DNA of 64,000 nucleotides. Source: Mobula hypostoma (Eukaryota). The stretch lies in the NCBI RefSeq assembly GCF_963921235.1, contig NC_086097.1, positions 183,708,001 through 183,772,000 on the forward strand. Direction: 5' to 3'. Shown in pieces: positions 47,260 through 58,276 of the stretch; position 1 is the stretch's first letter, and each line of letters begins with the position of its first letter. The notes under the pieces were generated by a model that saw only the letters and a list, made by a program, of their open reading frames with translations, had not been told where the DNA came from and made no database searches. A program made the translations under genes and the position numbers.

Positions 47260-48861
47260 TATTGTGGACCATCTCTTGAAGTTAATAACTCATCAGGGGT
47301 GATCAGGAAAGTGGATGAAGGAAAGGCAGTGGATATTGTCTACATGGACTTCAGTAAGGCCTTTGACAAGGTCCCGCATGGGAGGTTAGTTAGGAAAATT
47401 CAGTCGCTAGGTATACATGGAGAGGTGGTAAATTGGATTGGACATTGGCTTGATGGAAGAAGCCAGAGAGTGGTGGTAGAAAATTGCTTCTCAGAGTGGA
47501 GGCCTGTGACTAGTGGTGTACCACAGGGATCAGTGCTGGGTCCATTGTTATTTGTCACCTATATCAATGATCTGGATGATAATGTGGTAAATTGGATCAG
47601 CAAGTTTGCTGATGATACAAAGATTGGAGGTGTAGTAGACAGTGAGGAAGGTTTTCAGAGCCTGCAGAGGGACTTAGACCAGCTGGAAAAATGGGCTGAA
47701 AAATGGCAGATGGAGTTTAATACAGACAAGTGTGAGGTATTGCACGTTGGAAGGACAAACCAAGGTAGAACATACAGGGTTAATGGTAAGGCACTGAGGA
47801 GTGCAGTAGAACAGAGGGATCTGGGAATACAGATACAAAATTCCCTAAAAGTGGCGTCACAAGTAGATAGGGTCGTAAAGAGAGCTTTTGGTACATTGGC
47901 CTTTATTAATCAAAGTATTAAGTATAAGAACTGGAATGTTATGATGAGGTTGTATAAGGCATTGGTAAGGCCGAATCTGGAGTATTGTGTTCAGTTTTGG
48001 TCACCAAATTACAGGAAGGATATAAATAAGGTTGAAAGAGTGCAGAGAAGGTTTACAAGGATGTTGCCGGGACTTGAGAAACTCAGTCACAGAGAAAGGT
48101 TGAATAGGTTAGGACTTTACTCCCTGGAGTGTAGAAGAATGAGGGGAGATTTGATAGAGGTATATAAGATTATGATGGGTATAGATAGAGTAAATGCAAG
48201 CAGGCTTTTTCCACTGAGGCAAGGGGAGAAAAAAACCAGAGGACATGGGTTAGGGGTGAGGAGGGAAAAGTTTAAAGGGAACATTAGCGGGGGCTTCTTC
48301 ACACAGAGAGTGGTGGGAGTATGGAATGAGCTGCCAGATGAGGTGGTAAATGCGGGTTCTTTTTTGACACTTATGAATGAATTGGACAGATACATGGATG
48401 GGAGGTGTATGGAGGGATATGGTCCATGTGCAGGTCAGTGGGACTAGGCAGAAAATGGTTCGGCACAGCCAAGAAGGGCCAAAAGGCCTGTTTCTGTGCT
48501 GTAGTTTCTATGGTTCTATGGTTCTATGATTGATAAGTTCATGGCCTAAGATAGGAGATGAGTTATTAACTTCAAACTTTCTGCTTTTTCACTCAGAGTT
48601 GAACTGCATGTGCATGTAATGAGAGCTGTATACCTCATCTCCTTCTACCTTAGGCCACAAACTTATCAATCACCCCTGCTGTGGACCACTTTCTGGAGGT
48701 CCAAGATGCCGACTTTTATAAAGAAAGGAGCCGTATGCTCCACGACCACTGGACTAATTGTGTAAATGTAGGAGGGGACTATGTTGAAAAATAAATGTGC
48801 TAGGTTTTCGAAAATTGACTCCTTCTACCTTAGGCCACGAACTTATCAATCATACCTCGTA
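47260..48861 (+). mobile_element. Non-autonomous mariner derivative with nested TIRs, interrupted by CR1
   Basis: Three TIR copies (47294-47303 + 48531-48560; 48634-48678; 48819-48861 ending TA). Transposase C-terminus FYKERSRMLHDHWTNCVNVGGDYVEK* at 48690-48794. Confidence 0.8.
47299..48447 (+). CDS. CR1 ORF2 C-terminal half (RT), uninterrupted, in a young 5'-truncated CR1 (about 47304-48526)
   Basis: 382-aa [49 protein letters not shown]; (TTCTATGG)n tail. Confidence 0.9.
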   Translation: MIRKVDEGKAVDIVYMDFSKAFDKVPHGRLVRKIQSLGIHGEVVNWIGHWLDGRSQRVVVENCFSEWRPVTSGVPQGSVLGPLLFVTYINDLDDNVVNWISKFADDTKIGGVVDSEEGFQSLQRDLDQLEKWAEKWQMEFNTDKCEVLHVGRTNQGRTYRVNGKALRSAVEQRDLGIQIQNSLKVASQVDRVVKRAFGTLAFINQSIKYKNWNVMMRLYKALVRPNLEYCVQFWSPNYRKDINKVERVQRRFTRMLPGLEKLSHRERLNRLGLYSLECRRMRGDLIEVYKIMMGIDRVNASRLFPLRQGEKKTRGHGLGVRREKFKGNISGGFFTQRVVGVWNELPDEVVNAGSFLTLMNELDRYMDGRCMEGYGPCAGQWD

Positions 48862-49074
48862 TGTCATGTGGTAAGTGCTACTCACATGGAACTATTGATC
48901 CAGGGTTTCTGGCTCGGGAAGAGCTTGACTGACTTCTGGGGGGGCAACATCGTCGATGCACTTCTGGATGAAGCACGTGATTTCATCTGTGAACTCGGAG
49001 ACATGCTTATCATGGAAGGCATTCCAGTCGACATCATCGAAACAGTCCTGCAGCATGGAGACCGACGAAATCAC

Positions 49075-49575
49075 ACCTTACTATAAACGTGTCCAGTTTT
49101 AGAGTCAGAATACCACCAATTATATTATGACCAATCTGTTATTACAGATAGGACAATCCAGAATAACTGTTCGGATATAATATCACAGGACAAACAAGCA
49201 AGAACAACTTAATAGATATAGCCATTCCAAACACACAAAACTTTCAGGAATCAATACGTGCAAAACAGCAGAAACATGCTGAATTAAAAGAGAAAATTGA
49301 AAGGCTTTGGAACATGAATAGGGTATACATTGTCCCGATGGTAATATCTACAACTGGTGTCATCCCAAGGGCACTACACAATAGCAATAAACAATCAGAC
49401 CTACAAAGCAATATTTATGTAAATCATTTATAGAAATCCACAATACTAAACATCACTAGACTAGTCCAAAAGGTCCGAGCAATTGTGAAATAGGAGTGCT
49501 TGGTTATGCATGTACCTCAGGTTTTATCAGCTTGAGCTGAGAAAAACTAAAAGTACAACAATAATCATAATAAAT
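49075..49575 (+). mobile_element. R4/Dong-clade non-LTR retrotransposon 3' fragment (restriction-like endonuclease)
   Basis: LYYDQSVITDRTIQNNCSDII...IDIAIP...KHAELKEKIERLW...IVPMVISTTGVIP; ends in an AAT-like repeat. Confidence 0.75.
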
Positions 49576-49579
49576 TAGG

Positions 49580-51930
49580 TCTTCAGTGAGATATGATTCT
49601 CCAAATGAAATTGAGACCCTGGCAATTCCGCTGGCATGCCTTCTTTGAGATTGTGTCAATATGTTGGGCCCAGGATTGATCCTCTGAGATGCCGATACCC
49701 AGGAAATTTAAGCTGCTCATCCTTTCCAATGAAGACTGGACTGTGTTCACTCTTTCCTATGTTTCCTAAACATGGGACATAGAAATCTACAGCACATTAC
49801 AGTCCCTTCGGCCCGCAGTGTTGTGCTGATCATGGCCCTCTATTTTTCTAAGCTCCTTGTACTTATCCAAGAGTCTCTTAAACGACCCTATTGTATCTGC
49901 CTCTACCACCATTGCTGGCAGTGCATTCCACACACCCAACACTCTCTGTGTGAAAAACTTACCTCTGACATCCCCCTTGTACCTACTTCCAAGCACGTTA
50001 AAACTGTGCCCCCTTGTGTTAGCTATTTCAGCCCTGGGAATAAGCCTCTGGCTATCCACACGATCAATGCCTCTCATCATCTTATACACCTCTGTCAGGT
50101 CACCTCTCATCCTTTGTTGCTCCAAGGAGAAAAGGTCAATTCACTATCTATTCTCTTACCTTCGTAAACATCCTCTGCACTCTCTCTGTAGTATCCACAT
50201 CCTTCCTGTAGTGAGGTGACCAAACCTCCAAGTGGTGTCTGACCAAGGTTGTATATAGCTGAACTCAATCTCATGGTTGATGAAGGCCGACACATCATAC
50301 ACCTTCTTAACAATATTGTCAACCTGTGCAACAGCATTGACATGGACCCCAAGATACCCCCACGCAAGGAGAACAATTCCCCAATTAATTCCTTGGTTTG
50401 CTGACGTTGGTTCTGAAGTTGTTGTTATGACATCACTCAACCAGCAGATCTATCTGATCTTTATATGCCTACTGTTGCCATCTGAGATTCTGCCAAAAAC
50501 AGTAGTGCCATTGGTGAATTAATAAATAGCACTTGAACTGTGTCTCGCTACATAGTCATGAGTGTGAAGAGAGTAGAGCAGTGGCTAAGCATGCTTCCTA
50601 AGGTGCACCCGTGTTGCTTGTCAGTAAGGAGGAGATGTTTTTACTGATCCGCACTGACTGTGGTCTCCCAACAAGGAAGTCATGGATTCATTTACAGAAG
50701 GAGGTGCAGAAGCCCAGGTCTTGAAGGTTGATTGTTAGCAGTGATGTGGTGATGGTGTTGTATGCTGAGCTGTTATTGATAAACAGCAGCCTGACATACA
50801 TATTTTGTAGTCTAGGTGCTGCAAAGCCAAGTGGAGAGCTATGACGTTTCACCTGTGGGTCGGCTGGGGTGATATACTGCGTCCGGTGCTCCCGATGTGG
50901 CCTTCTATATATTGGCGAGACCTGACGCAGACTGGGAGATCGTTTCGCTGAACATCTACGCTCTGTCCGCCAGAGAAAGCAGGACCTCCCAGTGGCCACA
51001 CATTTTAATTCCACATCCCATTCCCATTCTGATATGTCTATCCATGGCCTCCTCTACTGTCAAGATGAAGCCACACTCAGGTTGGAGGAACAACACCTTA
51101 TATTCCGTCTGAGTAGCCTCCAACCTGATGGCATGAACATTGACTTCTCAAACTTCCGCTAATGCCCCACCTCCCCCTCGTACCCCATCCGTTATTTATT
51201 TATATACTCACATTCTTTTTCTCTCTCTCCTTTTTCTCCCTCTGTCCCTCTGACTATACCCCTTGCCCATCCTCTGGGTTTATTTTTCCCCCCTCCCCCT
51301 TTTCCTTCTCCCTGGGCCTCCTGTCCCATGATCCTCTCATATCCCTTTTGCCTATCACCTGTCCAGCTCTTGGCTCCATCCCTCCCCCTCCTGTCTTCTC
51401 CTATCATTTTGGATCTCTCCCTCCTCCTCCCACTTTCAAATCTCTTACTAGCTCTTCTTTCAGTTAGGCCTGACGAAGGGTCTCGGCCCAAAACGTCGAC
51501 TGTACCTCTTCCTAGAGATGCTGCCTGGCCTGCTGCGTTCACCAGCAACTTTTATGTGTGTTGCTTGAAATTCCAGCATCTGCAGATTTCCTCGTATTTG
51601 CGTGGAGAGCTATGAAGATTGCTTCTGCTGTACACCTGTTGTGGCAAATTGCAGTAAATCCAGGGCCTTGCTCCGGGAAAAGTTAATTCTAGCCATGACC
51701 AACCTCTCCAAACTTTTCATCACAGTAGATTGAGTGCTATCGGACGGTGGTCTTGAGGCAGATCAACCTGTTGTTCTTGGGCAGTGGTATGTTTGATGCC
51801 CTTTTGTAGCTGGTGGGAAACTCAGAATACATCAGTGAGAAGTGGAAGATGTCCTTGAGCTCTCCAGCCAATTGATTAGGACAGATTTTCAGTATCTTGC
51901 CAGGTACACCAGCAGGGCCTGATACGTTTA
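49580..51930 (-). mobile_element. Decayed Rex1 RT fragment hosting CR1 (49775-50365) and Penelope (50845-51601)
   Basis: YVRLLFINNSSAYNTI, GPAGVPGKILKICPNQLA, KFPGY..SEDQSW remnants. Confidence 0.7.
50845..51601 (+). mobile_element. 5'-truncated Penelope-like element (GIY-YIG + terminus)
   Basis: GVIYCVRCSRCGLLYIGET; perfect 14-bp TSD GTGGAGAGCTATGA (50831-50844, 51602-51615); hammerhead motif at about 51465-51502 with GAAA>AAAA. Confidence 0.93.
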
Positions 51931-52464
51931 GCACACACAACAAAGAATATATGTGCAGTATATTGTCTTCCCAGTGATTGATGTCCTGGGCTTGTGGGTC
52001 TTCCAGCTAGGATTGATCAATAAACTGTGGAAACTATACCTTTTAATGGGTAAAGAATCTTTTATATATGCATATATTGCTACACAATAACAACAGGGAG
52101 AACATACTCTCTTCAATCCCTTAATTAATCAGATCATTAATAGTATTTTACATCTACAAAATCTCCACAAAGGTGTTTATGGATTATGTTTTATTATCAT
52201 TGCTTCTGTTTTTGTTAAGTACAGTCCTAACTACCATGGCATTTAGTGCAAAATCGATTCTGTTACAAAAATATAATGACTTATATCAATGTACTTTAAG
52301 GGAACACCACTCTTATCTAATTGTCAAGTATGGTCTAATCATCTCATAGAAAAAAGGCTTTAAAGAGTATTTAATCCCTGATTAAGAAGTATAATATATA
52401 TATTCACGTGTCACCAAGACACCTATTAAAACAACTTCCCTTTCCCGCCTTTCAATTTACTCTA

Positions 52465-52636
52465 ACAACATACATCAAAGTTGCTGGTGAATGCAGCAGG
52501 CCAAGCAGCATCTATAGGAAGAGGTGCAGTCGACAGTACCTATTCCTATAGATGCTGCTTGGCCTGCTGCGTTCACCAGCAACTTTGATGTATGTTGCTT
52601 GAATTTCCAGCATCTGCAGAATTCCTGTTGTTTGCG
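52465..52636. mobile_element. Palindromic Penelope-derived mini-element
   Basis: 66-bp arms (52466-52531 / 52532-52597) with 4 mismatches and no spacer; 15-bp TSD TTTCAATTTACTCTA (52450-52464, 52637-52651). Confidence 0.92.
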
Positions 52637-52869
52637 TTTCAATTTACTCTACTTCTTTTCTAGTGAAAATGGATACCTTGTAATTTTGTTTTATCATAAA
52701 CAACTTATTTAATTAAAATCAAATAAATTGGATGAATTTGATAAATAAATATGTCAATGTTAATGTGAAACTTTTAAAAAATCACTTCAGGCAGTATTAT
52801 TGCATTGGATGTAATATTGAACCTACATTAACTTTTTAATGTGGATGTTGGCGACGATTTATTTTCTCA

Positions 52870-53110
52870 GATGGTGACGAGGAAGTGTACAGGAGTGAGA
52901 TCAGCTGGTTGCGTGGTGTCACAACAACAATCTTACACTCAATGTCAGTAAGACCAAGTAGTTGATTGTGGACTTCCGGAAGAAGAAACCAGGAGAACTT
53001 GTAACACTTCCCTTCACGGATTCAGCAGTTGAATGTATGAGCATCGTCAAGTTCTGGGGTGTGCACATCTTGTAGATCTATCCTGGGCCCAACATATTGA
53101 TGCAATTACT
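52870..53110 (+). mobile_element. Rex1 RT fragment
   Basis: WCHNNNLTLNVSKTK.LIVDFRK. Confidence 0.7.
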
Positions 53111-54299
53111 GCGATGTTACTTGATTCACTGTCCACAAATCCCTAAAGACAATAAAAGTTTTTAAGCCCTATCCAATATTTAAATCTCTGTCTTATATAG
53201 TTTTCTACAGGTATTTTCCCTCAAGGGAGATTATACTGTATCCACTACGCTTACCTGTCTAGTCTCTGTGGTGAGGTCTGGCTTCCAATACCTGCTGCTT
53301 GAATGCTGGATACCCCTTCCCTGCCAAGGTGGAGATACTTCCAGCTCAGCAAGTAGTTCAAAACCGATTGACATTTAAAACTTAGACAAAAAGCTCTAAA
53401 CACACATTTAAAAGTCACAGAGGATTTTTGATTTATGGAGGATTTCTGTAATCCAGAAGATTTATAAACTACAAAAGATTTCCAAACACAGGAACAATGC
53501 TCAGAACTAAAAGAACATACCAACGAGTTGCAAACAAACAAGTTGTCAGTCGCAGAAAATGAAGGCTGAGGAATGAATTTTAGTTCTTATTTTTGTCACC
53601 CCGTCTTTCTGTCATTTTCCTTGTCATTCCTATCAATCCCCAGTACTTTCTAACATTTATGCTGTTGTACTACTAGTCAACGTTATTTGCATGTGATGTT
53701 TCTCAGATGCCTTTGCTGGAACAAAGTAATATACAGAGATTGCCTCAAAGCTTCTGGGGACAGAAATCGCAGGCACCTAAAGTTAATGCTGCGAGGGCTG
53801 GCTCTCTGAGTACACAAATCTCTCAACTATTGATATATTAACTATGCCTGTGATTAACTATGTTTGATGTGCTAAGTGACATCACACCATTTTTTTGCAT
53901 TTGACTAATACAGGCAAGAGGTCTCATGGTCACTTCACTTTGCAAACCATATCTGGTGAGCAGCCAGCCCCTGCCATGGTCTGGCAACCTGTGCTCGGTA
54001 AACAATGCTGTGCTTTTAACCTCAAACTGATTGCTGGTGCAATTTACATTAAGAACTGAAGACTAATTCTTATTCATAATAAGAAACTGAGCAAGGAATA
54101 CTTGTTAGAAATTTAACTTTGTCACAGACAACTCTGATCTTTCGGAAAGCTGAAGTTAGCAGAATGCCAAAGGACAGTGCAGGTGATTGTTTTAGACAAC
54201 TTTTGTTGTGATTGCAAGACCCTGTCGGACATTGGTAATGTAGAATACTGTGAGTCTGATTCACTAGTTCATTGGCGAGACCAATGGTGGGAGAGTTGC

Positions 54300-55325
54300 A
54301 TTGCCTCTGTTGCTGTGCAGACAAGGCCCTCATACCCCAGGGTCACCTCTTGTGGCCACCAGAAAAGAAGCTGCTGGAGCTGTCTGTGTGCTGCTGGATT
54401 CTGTACTGCGTTTGGAGCTGACCCCCCCCCCCCCAATCACTGTTGCTCTCCAGTTTTCGCTCAGTGGAGGACAAGCTGGTTTGCGTTTGTCTACGGCTGC
54501 ACTTGTGCAAGATGAAAATTGCTGCAGGCTTGTTCTTGTAGAACCGTGGCTCCAGGACAGCAGCCCATACACCATTAATCTATTGGTCATTATACTCAGG
54601 GACTTGGGCTAGTTTTTGTAGTATTATTTTTACTGTATATTCTCCTGCTATCATGTGCTATACGTGCTGTGTGCTGTGTGGGACTACTGGTGCTGTGTTT
54701 TGTGCCTAGGCCGCAGTAGAACACCGTTTTGTTTGGCTGTATCTATGTATGGCTGAATGACAATTAAACTTGAACTTGAACTTGAATCCTCTCAGGCCCA
54801 GGGATGTGAATATCTTTCACATTACAAATAAGGCACGTCAATGGCAACATTTCATTTGTACATCACAAAAGACTCTCGCAAGTTTCTACAGATTCACCGT
54901 GGAGAGCATTCTGACTGGTTGCATTGGTGTCTGGTATTGAGGCTCCAATGCACAGGACGAGAAGGAGCTGCAGAGGATTGTAAATTCAGCCAGCTCCGTC
55001 ATGAGCACTAGCCTCCCTGCCATCGAGGACACATTCAAAAGGTAGCATCCATCATGAAGGAATCTAGTATCCGGGATATGCCCTCTTCTGATTACTACCA
55101 TCAGTGAGGAAGTTTAGGAGCCTGATGATGCACTGTTGATGTTTTAGGAACAGCTTCTTCCCCTCCACCATCACATTTCCGGACAGCTCACTATATGTTC
55201 TCTCTTTCTGAAATATTTAGTTATTTCTATATTGCAATTTATAGTGCTGTTTATCTATTGTACTGTACAGCTGCTATAAAACAACAAATTTCACAACTTA
55301 TGTCGGGTCTAATAAACCTGATTCT
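54300..55325 (+). mobile_element. SINE-like element with (TTGAAC)n tail (54300-54787) and Rex1 3' fragment (54840-55325)
   Basis: GAATGACAATTAAACTTGAACTTGAACTTGAA; YRFTVESILTGCIGVWY. Confidence 0.6.
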
Positions 55326-57676
55326 GGTATCTTGTTTGTGGTGTAAGAAATGGTGACTGGAATAGAAAGGAAGTATGTGTCCTTAAGCAATTAAAATCAC
55401 TGTTAAGTCATTGGTGTTGATGCTGTAAAACCATGAAATAAAATCAGAATAATATTTGTAAGAAAAAAGTGCAATTAGTTTATTAAAATAATCTTTAGAA
55501 GTAACTGTGAGTGACATGCAAGAGCTTTAAATAGGGTCTTACTGTTTTGTTGTATTCAAATGTTATGTTTAAAACTCTGCTTTATATCATTCATGAATTC
55601 TCCAGAATACCACAGAGACATCATTACTGCACTGCACTGGGAAACAGCTTTCCCGAGCAAGCTAGGATGTAAAGATCAAAGGTGGTAGTTCGGGGCTAAA
55701 ATATAGGTTGCCATCAGCAACAATAATGTGAAATGCAGGGTCAGTGAGCTGGAGTTATAGAAAGACAGGGTGGAGTTAGGCTTGGCCATATGGTGAATGC
55801 CAAAACCAGGGCAAAACTGTCATAGCTAAGCAAGCTCATAATGCAGGTGAAAGGAAATTGTGATGAAGGAAAAACATGCATCCTGCCATGAAGAAATGAG
55901 GACAGAGGCTGAGGGCAACATGCTGCCCACTGACTGACACTTGCACTGATAAGACACAACATCAGAAGTTGTTCTTTGGGCAATGCAAACTTGATTAGGG
56001 CATATAGGACCCCATCAGGCCTATTCTCTGGCAGATGAACATGAAGGTTTCCTCGGATCCAGCATGCCTGACTGCGGCATCACAGACTCTCTGTCACTAT
56101 CCTGACAAATAAGAACATGATTAGCAATTCAGCATTAGGCAACTGGAGCGTCTTTCATACTGAAGGCGATTCTGATAAAAAGAGAAAGTCATGACATTGT
56201 AGATTAATTAGGACATCCGGGTAAGTGTGTGTGGAAATAATTTTATAAAATAATAAAGGAAATCTCCAGTCAAATTGAAAATCTGAACTGAAGGAAGAAA
56301 CAACAGTCTTGAGAAAGGCTGGCTATTGGAAATTTTGTAATTTTCCCCCTCTTTCTTGATGTATATAGACCTGTTGTACATTTAAAATATCATTTCATTT
56401 TTTATGGCAAAATCATCATTTATAATTAGCTCTTTTTCTAAACTGTCATACCTGTGTTTATATTAGTGAATGAGGTGGAGTTCTATCACTGCCTGCCCCT
56501 AAGTTTATTATATTTTTTCTCTCGCTCTGTGGTTTCATGTCTATTGCCAATGCTGTTCCAGAATTAGAAGTGTAGAAAAGGACTGCAACTCATAGACAGA
56601 AATATCTTTTCATTGGCTTGATTTCTTGAATATTTTTGTGGATAAATGCAGTGCAGGAGCCCTGACATTGATTTCTTTGATTTCAAAGACAAAGCCAAAA
56701 GACAATGAAGAGCATTGATTAAGAATCGATGCATAGTGTCCTTACAATAAAATTGTACAATAATTCAAAGCTAGCATTTTAAACCTGCTTTGATAGTTTT
56801 GTGTATCATAATATTCTGGAGTCTGGAAAGTTTAAATATATATATTTTAAGGGACAACTATTGTTAGAAAAAAAATAAAACATTTTTTTATTACATCCAG
56901 TATGAAATTAGATACAATTCAAAATATTGCCCATTCATCTGGCATAATGACCTTATGTTTTACAATAATTTTAATAATGCTAAACTTTCAGTTGCTGTTT
57001 CAGAAGTAGTGGTCACTGGCTCTATGAATACTGTAACCTTTTATGGATTTGTGGTTATTGCATTCTTATTGTCCCATTGAAGTTATCACCAAATCAAAAA
57101 CTAGGGTTTTTGTTTGTTCTGTCTTTTTTTTATGTTCTAATTTGCATTCATTAGGGCTAGGAATATAAAAGTTATACATTTCACATCACTGACATTGTTG
57201 TGACAAGGGCTGAAGATGCCAGTCACTTCAGTTAACTAGAATTTTACCTTATGGCTCTCTCTTTACATTTTTGACTCACTTAGAGGTGGCAGATACTTCT
57301 GCCCAGCTTATATTCTGTAAAGTGAACACCAATGAATGTATTGTCCCCTTTACACTCTCCACATTCACCCCTAGTAACGTAAAATGGAAATAATGATTCA
57401 GATCAGGAAGAATAAAAAAGTTAATACAGGGAAGAAGCAGTTTCGATACAAGCCAATTGTTTGTGATATAACTATCTGACATCACATCATTTATGTATGT
57501 AGCATCTTGCGGTCTATTGCACAGCTATCAACTATCCATCAAAGTGTACCCAGTATTCATCAACATACATCTTTCAGTCCATTATATATCTATTAAACTA
57601 CAAATATATCATACAGCTATCTCCATCACCTGTCTTTTGTTTCACACAGCTATCAAAACACCAGCCAGTTTCTTGA

Positions 57677-57714
57677 GCAACACACACACAAAGTGCTGAA
57701 GGAACTCAGCAAAT
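57677..57714 (-). mobile_element. 38-bp Penelope-terminus micro-insertion
   Basis: GCAACACACACACAAAGTGCTGAAGGAACTCAGC flanked by perfect 15-bp duplication CAGCCAGTTTCTTGA (57662-57676, 57715-57729). Confidence 0.8.
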
Positions 57715-58276
57715 CAGCCAGTTTCTTGATCTATTCATCTGTACATTTTCACAGAATCACAATGGAATGTGGCCAAATGGGGTCTGTATCAGATTAATAC
57801 AAGGGCAATCTAGTTAGTCTCACTCCCTTGTTCTATTCTGATCGGCCAGCAAACTATTTCCTTTTAAGTACTTCTCCAGATCTCTTTTGAGAACTATATC
57901 CAAATATGCCTCTACTACTACCCCTGGCAGTATATTTCATACCCAAACTACTCACTGTAGAAACCTTTCCTCATGTGTATCTTCCTCTGAATTGGTAGCC
58001 TTGGCAACTGGTAGCTAGTGAATCAAAACAACAGATGAATTGAATCTATATTCAAGCACATCAATCTAATGATAGTTGTATCTATTTGTCTGTTTGTGTT
58101 GGCTTTCCAATGCCTATATTTATCTAAGTTATCATCTAAATCCCTCTACATCCTATTTCTCTACCTATCCACTTAATTTTTGCCTGTAAATTTTCTACCG
58201 TTTTTCTGGTATTGTTTAGAAAATTCAGAAAAGGAATAATGAACTGTATTCTCCAAGCTACTGATTGGATCCTGAG

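Larger units (their letters stand above)
46690..49075 (-). mobile_element. Decayed Rex1 fragment (46690-46915, 47176-47258, 48870-49075) hosting a SINE, a mariner derivative and a CR1
   Basis: RVNPHK..PG..WKAC, LNIFCACFE, LQDCFDDVDW...FIQKCIDDV remnants in collinear order. Confidence 0.65.

Noticed and set aside
53110..53250. Possible L1/Tx1 fragment on the minus strand
   Set aside because: Too short and degenerate to support by eye.
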